The notes under the pieces were generated by a model. That model searched no databases, was not told where the DNA came from, and saw nothing but the letters and a program-made list of their open reading frames with translations. DNA of 60,425 bases, counting the filler, from Basidiobolus meristosporus CBS 931.73 (taxonomy: Eukaryota > Fungi > Basidiobolomycota): assembly GCA_002104905.1 (NCBI GenBank). It is 3 parts of 3 records of this genome, joined end to end, with 100 filler letters (N's around TTAATTAATTAA, not from the genome) between each part and the next. Parts side by side here need not be neighbours in the genome. Positions count along the whole stretch, not along the records: positions 1 to 21,322 come from MCFE01000991.1; 2 more parts are not named here. The stretch is one strand, 5' to 3'. Below are positions 1-10,894 of the stretch, in pieces. The translations under genes and the position numbers were made by a program. Each line of letters begins with the position of its first letter. Position 1 is the stretch's first letter.

Positions 1-465
1 TTAGTAGCGTTGGCTTCCTTTAGAAAAGGCTTTGTTTAATTTATGTTGCCAAACAATCTAGAACTCAGCGATATATCCTAAATAACCTTGAGACCGTTAA
101 GCATCTATCAGCCGGACGCCACTTTGAATCTGCAACAGCTATTGCGCTGATCTATGTAGGTGCTGAAGAAATCAACGTGTTTCTAAGCAGGAAAAATAGA
201 ATATCTAGAACTCTAATTTTGAGGACTCCTGCAGCCATATAGGTATTTTGCTAGATTTTTTTTACCCTTATATTACTATCTATTGGCAGTTTATGTGTTT
301 GGGAGCTTGCCTGTAGGTTAAGTGATCCTAATAGGGTGAATAGGGTGAATAGGGTGAATAACCTCTCACAAGATTTGGTAATATGCTATCATGAAATTCA
401 CACACAAGTATTACTGTTGGAAGCACTAGTCTAGGTTGATGATTCTATAAACAGAATAGGAAGCA
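1..465. repeat. Decayed dispersed duplication; partner at about 11310-12260, which carries extra insertions
   Basis: Shared blocks such as ttagaaaaggc..aaataaccttgagaccgtta..atctatcagc (about 20-110 vs 11320-11410) and cacaagatttggtaatatgctatc.tgaaattcacac (about 366-405 vs 12160-12196). No intact ORF in either copy. Confidence 0.8.
330..359. repeat. 9-bp microrepeat (AATAGGGTG)x3
   Basis: Read directly. The homologous site near 12135 has only about 2 degenerate units. Confidence 0.85.
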
Positions 466-749
466 TCAAACAGAAGCACTAAGACTAATTAGTGATTATA
501 ATGGGATCCCAGGCCCTGATATTATGGGAATAAATAGTCACATACATCTACTAGTGTATTTATACTTATTGTCCAGCATCCACCAGAGGTTTTTGACAGA
601 GTAGCACTTTTATTTATACTGTTGTAAATGATGTGTAGCATGTATGGTTAGAATACCCCAACATACGCTGTTTACTTCTTTATCCAGCTACTTTGTATAC
701 TTGCATTATTTATAGCATTCAACATTGAACGTAATAGATTTATTAATCA

Positions 750-947
750 TCAGATACAGCATCTCTGGCCAGACTTGCATCCAGTATCCCAGGAGACGGA
801 TCTCCAACCGGTGGGGCAGCTACCGGAAATGCACAAGGAGCCTCTTGAGTTCCCTTGGGCTTGGCACGAGAGAGCATCTACGGAGCCGGAACTGGAGCTG
901 GCCACAAGAAAGGCGACCATCAGGGAGACTGCAAACTTCTTCATCAT
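750..947 (-). CDS. Small secreted six-cysteine peptide, beta-defensin-like spacing (copy 1)
   Basis: Signal peptide MMKKFAVSLMVAFLVASSSSGSVDA, then a 40-aa mature part with C-x10-C-x4-C-x12-C-x5-CC. TATATA lies about 55 nt upstream (1003-1008). The ORF is preserved in the paralog with several synonymous changes. Confidence 0.85.
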   Translation of the reverse strand: MMKKFAVSLMVAFLVASSSSGSVDALSCQAQGNSRGSLCISGSCPTGWRSVSWDTGCKSGQRCCI

Positions 948-2038
948 TGTTTTGATTGAGAGCTTAGTGTGTGAATGATGTCTAGCAGCAAGGTGAGCTC
1001 AATATATAGGCGTCATTTCCCCATTGTTGCACATACTTTTGTCAATAGTCGCTGTGGCTAGCTCTACAAATGGTTGTGCAAGAGAAGAAAGTTACCCGGG
1101 TAATGTAAACCAGCTCAGAAGGCTACCTGGGTAATGTAAACCAGTTCCAGGAAATTATATGTATTGATGGCCAACATCAAAAGAGCAGTAGCATTTAAAT
1201 GGTATTTCTCGTATGGCATAGTGTTACCTCTATATTCAAACATATAAATGATGCGGCAATAATATGCAAAATCAAAGGTAGCAATCCTTGAACTGGGCTG
1301 CTCATCACATTTTGTGCCACACGGCTTTTGCCGTGCAATACACTCATCCACGAAGAATGTTCTAAATGCAGTACCACACGGCTGAAAGTAAGCCTTCCCT
1401 GTTAGTTTCAAGTGTAGAACTACTTTGCCGATAGTTCATTAGATGGTTTATTAGGTAGATACAACATCTTTGGTGTCCCGGAATACCAACCTTTGACCAA
1501 TACCTGAAGGGCGCAAGTAGAGAGTGTCAACACAGCTGGCCTCAATAATGGCAGGTAAGGAGAGTTGTAACATGTAAAGTAAACAAGTACTCTTGAAGCA
1601 TGTGCAATATAGGTCATTACGTACACTGCTAATTATCCTTCCTCTGTGCAAAGCACTCACTCAGCGGTTGTTGTGGTTAGGCAGTCTGTAACAATGGAAT
1701 ATGTAAACCAGCTCTATACACGAATAACAATGTAATGGTTACATTCACTCTACTAATTGACAGTTATAGCAATCATGATATGCAGCATTGTTGCTTATAC
1801 AGTGTAAATGATATAGAGCACTGTGGCGAACAACAGTTCAATGGATGGTTCCCAATACAGTTGCACATATTAAGCCCCAAAGATGAGACCAGCATATTTT
1901 GCTACACTATTGGCTCCCATTATACTGCTATATAGTTGCTTCTTAAGCACTAATCTCCGTATATACAATACGGCTTGTCTCTAGCATCTGCATTGTCATG
2001 TGTACGCTCCACATTGAACGTATTGGATTTATTGATTA

Positions 2039-2233
2039 TCAGATACAGCATCTCTGGCCGGACTTGCATCCGGTATCCCAGAGCACGGGTCTCCAACCGG
2101 TGGGGCAGCTACCGGAAACGCACAAGGAGCCTCTTGAGTTCCCTTGGGCTTGGCACGAGAGAGCATCTACGGAGCCGGAACTGGAGCTGGCCACAAGGAA
2201 GGCAACCATCAAGGAGACTGCAAGTTTCTTCAT
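2039..2233 (-). CDS. Small secreted six-cysteine peptide, beta-defensin-like spacing (copy 2)
   Basis: Same Cys frame as copy 1. Differs by F>L in the signal, I>V, and RSVS>RPVL in the Cys3-Cys4 loop. Own TATATA at about 2292-2297. Confidence 0.85.
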   Translation of the reverse strand: MKKLAVSLMVAFLVASSSSGSVDALSCQAQGNSRGSLCVSGSCPTGWRPVLWDTGCKSGQRCCI

Positions 2234-5200
2234 CGTTGTTTTGATTGAGAGCTTAGTGTGTGAATGATGTCTAGCAGCAAGGTGAGCTCAATATATAGGC
2301 GTCATTTCCCCATTGTTGTACATACTTTTGTCAATAGTCGCTGTGGCTAGCTCTAGGAATGGTTGTACAAGAGAAGAAGGCTACCTGGGTAATGTAAACC
2401 AGTTCCACAAAGCTGCAGCATTATGGCATAGTGGTACAGAGTTAATGTGGTATTAATACACAAAATCAAAATCCATAAACCGGGTTGCTCATCAGATATG
2501 CTATTGTGTAGGGGTAGTTCTACACCAATAAGGCATCTTTGGTCTCTAACGGGAAAGTAAATCAGGACCTCGAGATGCATAGACAATGTTGATAATTACG
2601 TTTACTGTAGCATGTACATTCTATGGCTGTTGTGGCTAAGCACTCTGTAACAATGGAATGAGAGTGAATACCGTTTGAGACTTAAAGCGGTAATGATATT
2701 CAATCAACATATGCAACGCCCTAGGTAGCACTGTCGCTTATAAAGTATAAATGATATATAACATTGTTGCACATGGTCTGCGATAAACACTAGCTAGAGA
2801 ACCCCAAAAATACCGATGAATCTTGATTTTAAATCTAGATGCCGCTATTTGCAATAACACGCAAGTGTTTGTTGGATGACTCTTTGATTTTTCGTCATTC
2901 CACATACAAGTAAATATAGATATGACTAAGTGGTATGCAATGGCTTTGTGGATAAGAAGCTTACTACTTTCCATTCATTAAAGTGGTGAAGTTTATCCGC
3001 AGCTTACATTAATAAGACTTTACCCGTGGAAATGCACACTGAAGATTAAGACATTTACCATCTGGGCACTAACTGCCTGATCCTCTTTCCCTCATATCAC
3101 GACATGAGCTTGTGCATACAAGTGCGTTGTTAGACTTTTAGGTAGCATTGGTATTGCCACTATTGCCCTACTTAGAGTTGAACCAAGAGTACTGGTGAAA
3201 TGAGCAAAGTGCCATTTAATGAATCAATAAGTGCTGTTCATTGTCCTTGTCAATCCATAACAAAATATTCGGTTAGGCCATCAATCCATTCAAGTTGTTC
3301 ATGTCTTAAGAGTGGTGCATCAGCTGCGGGTTAAGTCTTGGCATAGTGGTGGCTGAGATGATAGACCCGAATCGAGGCTACATTCACTGCGTTGGTGGCA
3401 GGAAAACTGAGTATGTAACACCGCAGGTTTGTTCATTCATTTCAATGAAGCCTTTTTGGATGAGAAATAGAGGTACGATAACAGCCATGCATCCTCAATA
3501 CTTCGGTGTATGCGTTGGTATGCCAGCCAAACTCCGCACTTTTCATTGTAAGATGAGCTATGAGGAATCAAGTCGGCAATCTCCAGAATAACCGTGTCAA
3601 ACACTCTTCTTCCGGATTGAGCGTTTTCTTTGGCGCATTTGTCTACCCATAGACCATGGTTACTGAGATGTGAGTGTAGTATACAACAATGCAAGGCATA
3701 TTTTAAGAGAACACGTACGCTTTTGGACCTGACTTACCGGAGTAAGGACTTCACCTTTGAAACAGTGTCTGTGGTACTAGGGGATCGAGCTAGAAGCGAG
3801 ATAAATATATTGATAATTACAATGCCTCTCTGTACCCCCCCCCACTGGCCCTATGCCCCAGCACAGATAGCTATTGCCCGAAATCATTACGCAGGAGTGT
3901 CACCATACAGTCATTCCTGAGGTATGTGAGTGTGGTATGGGTCTACTAAGGAACAGTAAAGGTAGCTTAAAGCGATGGTAATGAATATTAAAGCATTGTA
4001 ATAAATAATCTCAATCCCATAACCCTTAGCCCCTTCATTCTATCTTTCGTTAAATTTGGATTTTCGAATAATTGAGCAGTTGGGTAGAGTGGCGTCTATC
4101 TGTAGCTCAAGCTTCTGGAGAACTGGTTGGGTGAAGGCTTGAGTAGTGGGTCCCTGCTGATGATTTCGATCCATGTCGAGGGCGTTGTCCTCTGGAGCCT
4201 AGTGTTGACATTGGCATCTTCAAGTAATTGTGAGATGGCAAGGTTATTAAAGACTTGGGGAACGCGTGAGGCTGGCAACAGAGCAACGAAAACCAAGCGC
4301 ACTGGAGCAGTCAGAGGTTGGCAAGTCTGAGTGGATGGTCACCAGTAGCCGCTACAATAAAGTTCGACTACCGACTTTATCTTTGCCTTTTTTATGCAAA
4401 GTTGTGTGTCCACTTAAACATTCGGTTATGAATTTGATTTTAATGATCAGAAAACTGTAATGGTAATTAAACAAGTATGTCATTTTGCAATCAAAATTAA
4501 GTATTTTTCTTTTCATTGCTTGCTGATTTTCAATATGTATATGTAGCGAGAGAGATTGGTATTTTGATTTGATTTTTGAATGATATTTGGTTAACAACAA
4601 GCTGTCAGAATGTGCAGACCGTCCTCGCCAGGCTGTTGGAATAATCAACCGGCAAGTTCATCAACTGAGCAGGTCCTATGGTCCCGAAAGACCGATCGGC
4701 CACTGCTCACACTTCCCTTTACGGACAGCGCACTACATCTCATCTACCAGCTTGGTATTAGTGTCTTTGTTGGGAAACAAAGACTGGGAATGTACTATAT
4801 ACATAATCCTGTAAAGTACAGTCGTAACGATACCAAACGACAGATGCCCCATATTTATAGGAAAAAAATGGATAAAAATTTTCATTCATTTCGTGGCCAA
4901 ATCCCATAATATTGAAATCGACGAAAATAACAGTATTATATATACTACTCCGGACTAGAGTTATTGACTATGAAATAACCAACTACGTAAGAACAGTGCC
5001 ATTCCTGTGTGCACGCTTCAAGCCCTTGCTTGAGAAATCGTAGTATGAGTCGTTTTGCGTCTCACGAATTATACAATGGTATGTTGACTTAAACGGCAAT
5101 TTAACTCCCAATATCGATACAACTATTTACAGTTCGATGGAATGAGTACACAAACATTGAAACTGGCGCTGAAAAGGGCTCACTGACATCTCAAAGTAAG

Positions 5201-5488
5201 AGCCCACCAGTTCTCCAAATGCGGTAGTTGATACACAACGCTGATTGAGCTTCTCTACCCGGCTATGTTGCATGCACTATTCACCCTTGCACCAACCAAA
5301 TGTAAAGTGTCCCTGTTCCTACGGTGAGTGTCGTTGTGAGCTGTTATCAAATGTCGATTCTTTTTGGACTGGTAAACTGTGTCTACCGTGGATTGAAAGT
5401 CTATGATACTGTGAGAGTAGGGTAGTAGTGCAAGGAGGGCTTATTTGTCTTGCCTACTCAATATTCTCAGTTAAGGTTGATTTATCTA

Positions 5489-5971
5489 TTAGGTGCAATT
5501 GTCAGCACAATGAGTGTATGGAATATTTTGTTCTTTTACGCATTGTATCTCTGTTACTAGGGTTGTGTACTGTACATCTTGGGTGGGCTGCATCAGAACG
5601 TAGGGAGAGAAAGAACTACAGTCATTTTGCTTGGCATATTCTAATGCGTTGCCCCGACCCTCCAGTTTAAGACTGGGCCCTGCTTGATACTTGACATTGA
5701 AGCCCTTATTGCTGTTGGCATTAGCAATGCTCAGGCTATCTTGCTTTCTGGTCACGGTGGTGAAACCCTGACGCAATAACGGGGATCGGACATTGGGTGT
5801 CTTAAAAACAGGCAAAACTCGAACGTTTTGGTGGTAATCGGTCGCATACTGTACACATGGTAAACTGCGATAATGAACCCTTCTATACTCGCGAGTGCAT
5901 GTAGAAGAACAGCCGATTAGGGCAGCAACGGCAACTTGATTCGCGGCAAGGCCTACAGTAATAAAGCGCAT
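5489..5971 (-). CDS. Putative secreted Cys-containing protein of unknown family (paralog of 8382-8609)
   Basis: Starts MRFITVGLAANQVAVAA. The first 55 aa align with the 8609 ORF (C..C.REYRR.H.RS.PC.Q...QNV.VLPV.K). About 160-aa open frame. Upstream flanks are also similar (about 6190-6230 vs 8865-8905). Confidence 0.55.
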   Translation of the reverse strand: MRFITVGLAANQVAVAALIGCSSTCTREYRRVHYRSLPCVQYATDYHQNVRVLPVFKTPNVRSPLLRQGFTTVTRKQDSLSIANANSNKGFNVKYQAGPSLKLEGRGNALEYAKQNDCSSFSPYVLMQPTQDVQYTTLVTEIQCVKEQNIPYTHCADNCT

Positions 5972-8381
5972 GTGGAGCGAATAACGTATTTGTGGGCTGT
6001 TGTATAGCATACAATATGGGTTAGCTGGGAAAATTGCTATTATATATTTCATGGATTAATCAGGTCATGACTCACACAATTATTATACTTTTTAAGTACC
6101 ATCGGTATTTTGCATTCCTTCACTCGTTATTTTTCAATTTTCTTCCATTATTTTGTGGAACTCACATGAATTTCTGGTATACTAGTGCTATCTAGTATCT
6201 TTGAAGTGCGACGAGCAGATCTCTTATACTTCATGCTGGCTGAGTGATGATAATTTGTGCAAGAGGAAGGAAGGCTGCATGACTGACTGGTGAAGTCATG
6301 CGGACTCTCCGATCCCACACGATTAGCTTTATGCGAGCTAGATTAATTTAAGCTCGCGTTTGCTACTTTACTTTATGTGAGACAGTGCATACACGAAATA
6401 GTAATCAGCATTTAATTTCAACCAAGTGCTTTATAGTATAAAGCTAGCAGTAGACAATGAGAATGTAGACTTAGGTCAAGAGGAGCGGCAAAAGAGGATG
6501 CCGGCTAAGAGGATATTTCTGAAAAGCATTTTGTCGTTAAGTGTTTCTAGAATGGTCACTCCTCTTTGGGCTTTATATTCGTATATGTGTATCTTCTTAG
6601 TTCCCACGACTATCAATCACTAAGTTTCAGGTCATACAACATGCAGGTACTGGCGACTTAATATTAAATTGGGAATCCACCTGTATCTGGTAATCCACCT
6701 GGAGGTTTGGTCTTTCAAGCGAAATACGCATGATTTGTCATATTTTTGTATTTCAGGTACATGCAACTGACTGACTACAATATCGTCAAGAAAAGTCACC
6801 CAATTATGAGTAATCGGATTATTATTTGCATTGATCCAAGCTGAAGGCTCACTTTTATTACATATAGATTATATTTTTCCACTTGAGCAAGTGTACATAT
6901 TTCTCCAGATAGACTTCGATACATTTGCTGTTGAGCAACTAGCTGATATTGAGCTAAGATTCTTTTTGAACAACTAGCGGATATTGCTTTGCTTTTTTGA
7001 GGATGGTTCTTGTTTGCACCCATAATTGCAATAATCCTTTGATTGGTCGTAAAGCTGGTTCAGTCGTTGATATAGAATGCCAAAGTACCTTTTTTAGCAA
7101 GGAAGGCCAGTAAGGCTAGGATGACTAGTTTTAAAGAATCTTCAACTACCACAATAGGTGCTAAGATATGTGGGCTTGCCGTTAATATTGAACAGTCCAG
7201 TTTATAAAGTAGCACTTTTCGCAGGTTAAATTCATAACTATGCAATCATAACCAACAGCAGTGGATTCGACGGGGTGGTATGAGAAGATGTTAGGGTAAT
7301 AATCGTTTCTACCGCTCCTCTCAATTCTATTCCTTTATTTGATTGTTTGCTTCGTATTTTTACCTTATTGTGAGTGTATGCGATTTGTCTTTTCTTTGTA
7401 CGCGTTGATGTCACTTAACATCGACTGACTCCTTACTTTGTATCAAGAACAAGCTGGTGAGGTCGCAGTCTCTTCGGAGGCTCATCACTTTTATTATATT
7501 CCGATTGCAGCAACCTTAAGAGGAGATGCTAACAGTCACTGAGCAGTCTGACAATCTCGAATACTTGTGGAACACTACCAGATGTTCTCTCTAATATCAA
7601 CCTTTTCGGTGGAGGGCAGCATTACTAAAGACTGGGGGTGAGTATTTTAGTACGTAAGTGAATATCTAATATTAACGCCCGCATCTCTGATTATGATACA
7701 GGTGCGTGCAAGTAAAATGCTAATCACAAGTAACAACAAGTATAAGAATGTCATTTGAATTTTATTGATTGAAAATTTTCATATAGATTATAGCATTTGG
7801 CCATGTTTTAGTTGTGAACATTATATCATAGATGCTATACTCCTCTCACTTGAGCTAAGATTCATGATTAAGTTCGAACAAAGTAAAGTTAACCTGACTA
7901 AATTAAAGAATCTTAACATGTAACTACTATCAGCAGCTAAAATTTATGGTCTTACTGTTAGGGTAGAACGCAGGAATTCGGTGCGCCAGATTTCCGAAAT
8001 AGGTACCAACATGAATGCCTGTATAACAGTCTAATTTATAAATATCAGTTTTCTCGAGCTGAACTCTTTACTACGCCATATCTCCTAGGTTTGTGCATTG
8101 ATCATATTATGACTAGCATCAGTGTCTTGAACGACCATTATTGACTACCCTGTATTGATATTACACATCAACTGTGAATAGCAATTCATTGACTTTAAGT
8201 TCAATTTAGCCTGCCAAACTCGGGATTTTGTGTGTATTGATGATCGTAAACTCAAACTGCCTTTTCTTCAAGATAAACAGACACTAATGGATAACAACAG
8301 AGGTAATAAGTAAACATACCACAAGAGCTTTACCTTTTCAAATGCTTAGCTCGAATACTAACGGCATTCAAGCGTATTTGA

Positions 8382-8609
8382 TTACAAACTTTTCATGTTC
8401 ACGAGGAGCATGCTTACCCTTGATATCTTAACGACAGGCAAAACTTGGACGTTCTGGCAGCAATTCTTCGCACGTTGTGTACAAGGTGAGCTACGATGAT
8501 GAGCCCTTCTGTACTCGCGAGCGCATGGAGAGGTACAGCTGATTGGAGCAGCAACTGCAACTTGGAGGGTGGCTAGGCCTAGAACCACTGCTACGGTAGT
8601 AAAGCGCAT
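8382..8609 (-). CDS. Putative secreted Cys-rich protein; probably exon 1 only
   Basis: Clear signal peptide MRFTTVAVVLGLATLQVAVAAP and 5 Cys. A G|GTAAGC donor-like site near 8418 lies close to where similarity to the paralog stops. Downstream exons not resolved. Confidence 0.6.
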   Translation of the reverse strand: MRFTTVAVVLGLATLQVAVAAPISCTSPCAREYRRAHHRSSPCTQRAKNCCQNVQVLPVVKISRVSMLLVNMKSL

Positions 8610-9136
8610 GTTGAACAATAGCTGAGTATTCTGGCGATTATCTGTACGTGAAAGTGAATTTGATTAGATTGCGAATGTTTTATGAACTTTATTGAGCACA
8701 CGTGCACCAGAACTTTTATGACTCTATGGACACTACCTGCGCTTGTCTTTAGTGATAGAATTTACTTTCTGGGCACACGTATCTTTGGATTGCTCATGAC
8801 CGTTGTTACTCGATACATCGCATTTTGTTTTGAGAAATGTACTATTATCAGTTTCCACTAAAATACCTAATTTTGAAGCGGCGACGAGCAACTCTCTTAT
8901 TATTGCTAAGGATTGTAGTCTTGGCTTTGTAAATAAAATAGATTTGTATTTTCACTCAACTAGGCTTATTTATCATTATTATGTGCATTTGATTCAAAAG
9001 TCAACCAGGTATTGGGTGTTGGGTATAGTAATGACAAAGCTTTTGAGTATCGGTTTGTGTGGCACGAGCTGCGTACCCTCCTGAAGCGCAGATACCGAGT
9101 ACCCCACTTCTCGAGGGGTCAACTTCACCCAAGGTG

Positions 9137-9186
9137 GTGAGATAAGATACAGGTGTGAGATAGGATACAGGTGTGAGATAGGATAC
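9137..9186. repeat. 18-bp minisatellite (GTGAGATAGGATACAGGT) x about 2.8
   Basis: Read directly. Confidence 0.9.
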
Positions 9187-9389
9187 GACACTCTTTCACA
9201 ATTGACATTGTCCAACAAGGCATCGGATGATTGTAGCTTGGAAATATTGAGCCCATGTAGCCCCAAGTAAAACATACGATGCAATACAATATAACAACCA
9301 TAGTAGGAGCCTAATTGGTTATTTGCATCTCCAGCCAACAACAATAGCATTAGTTGATAATCGCAATTTATTTGCCTACAAATGAGCTC

Positions 9390-9824
9390 ATGCAAGGATT
9401 CAAAGCTTACGATACTAGTTATCTTTCATCAATCAAACTAGAGGATAAGAGCGTTTATTCAACTGTCATGTGGTATAAGTATAGGCTCCGTCATGAGCGG
9501 CAGAGCAGAGTGCGTCAAGGTAAGTCAGTCTATCCAACATTCAAGTTCATCGGGCTAAATTGGTCTATTTTGTAACACGTAGATCTTACAATGGCAAACT
9601 ACCCTTTCAGCCGAGAATTCACTGATGAGGCCTTGGACAATAATGGACACAAGAGCTACTCCGGAAATGGAATGACCTTCTGCGTTGCAAGAGACACAGG
9701 GACAACTCCAGAATACCACTACCCCTGGGGAAAGCTCGAAGAAAAGTTTAGAAATCGGCAGAACTTTAAGGGATACATCATGTCAAGTGGAACTCAGTGG
9801 AGCTTTACTATCTGGAGAGACTAA
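9390..9824 (+). CDS. Two-exon small protein of unknown function (about 123 aa)
   Basis: Exon 1 9390-9519. Intron 9520-9582 (GTAAGT...GCTAAAT...TAG, 63 nt, contains an in-frame stop). Splicing joins RQ-D-LT in frame to the 77-aa ORF at 9591-9824. Confidence 0.55.
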
Positions 9825-10714
9825 GAGACACATTACGCTCAGTTCAGATATGTGAACGTGAATAAACAGTTTCTATATTGAAAGATGTCGGCTGTCCAAA
9901 GTAGGTTTATTGAGTATCTATGGAAGTGACCAGTATACGGTTTGGTGAACACTTGGGTTAAAAAAATAGCGTATTTTTAGCATATTTCAGCATATTATGT
10001 CTGATTCCTTGCCACTGCAGTTGAAAGGTAAAACATGCATGACCGACAGTGCAGTCACCGTCACTGATTTCAATGGATAAGCAGTGGATCACTCTACCGG
10101 TTACAACCATGGGAGAATTGCTTATTGGTACTGCATGCGCACAGACCTAATCAGCACTATCAACGTCATAGTACTCAAGAGTAATGACCAACAACAGGCA
10201 AATATATGCGTAGGTACTGTGTTTACCCAACATCTTGGGGTTTGGGCGATAAGCATCATTGATATTCATAGCAGCGCAAAGCCCAAAGAACTCGACGTAA
10301 CCTTTCATAAAAATATCAGTGTCATTGTTGCAAGAGATAACAAGTGTGGATATAAGATAATATATACTGATTGTCGTGGGTGTCTTTGGCTTCACCACAG
10401 TTGGCCATCCAGTCTTTGCATCTGGTTCATGCCATGCTTGACCAATCCACTCAATGTAAACAACTATTCATCTGGAAGGTGCGTGGATGGTGCGTGGATG
10501 GTGCGTTACCAGTGTACAGTCAATCTGGATTGCTTGCTATAGATTGTTGCGGGCTGTATGGAAGAAGTGAGGCGTCAAAATGCCGTAGTATTGAGTCACT
10601 GTCTGGGCGGGATAGATTTAAGGCAGCAGTTGTGGACTTGTCGGTCTTAAGACTTATTACACTGCACTTCCTCAACCATGGTATCCAATTAAGAAGCTTG
10701 TATGTATTCTGCTG

Positions 10715-10894
10715 ATGTCAGAAAAAATTGCCAGAGCCAAGAGAGCTAACAATGGAGACTACGCCTTGGTCACAGTCAAAGGGACTCACTGTACTTGGAA
10801 AGGACTCGCAACTGGCGAGCTGTCCTTCAAGCAGCTCCTCGAAGGGAGAAAGGGGACCGCCTACGTGGATAGCCAGACATGGGTAATCTTGTAG
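10715..10894 (+). CDS. Possible terminal exon or small ORF (MSEKIARAKRANNGDYALVTVKGTHCTWKGLATGELSFKQLLEGRKGTAYVDSQTWVIL)
   Basis: 59-aa open frame with protein-like composition, preceded by an intron-like GTATGT..GCTGAT..CAG stretch. No family recognised. Confidence 0.3.
   Translation: MSEKIARAKRANNGDYALVTVKGTHCTWKGLATGELSFKQLLEGRKGTAYVDSQTWVIL

Larger units (their letters stand above)
722..2407. repeat. Tandem segmental duplication carrying the peptide gene (722-1149 vs 2011-2407; weaker similarity continues to about 1700 and 2660)
   Basis: Near-identical sequence from acattgaacgta through the CDS, TATA box and upstream gtaatgtaaaccagttcca. Period about 1.29 kb. Confidence 0.9.

Noticed and set aside
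330-359. AATAGGGTG repeat as a variant telomere seed
   Set aside because: It is a local slippage expansion of a sequence present as about 2 degenerate units in the paralogous block near 12135.
3000-5400. Numerous 60-100 aa ORFs on both strands
   Set aside because: No recognisable domains, signal peptides or consistent splice structure; treated as intergenic or decayed sequence.
10084-10542. 152-aa ORF as a real gene or transposase tail
   Set aside because: No motif I can verify, and competing ORFs overlap it on both strands.
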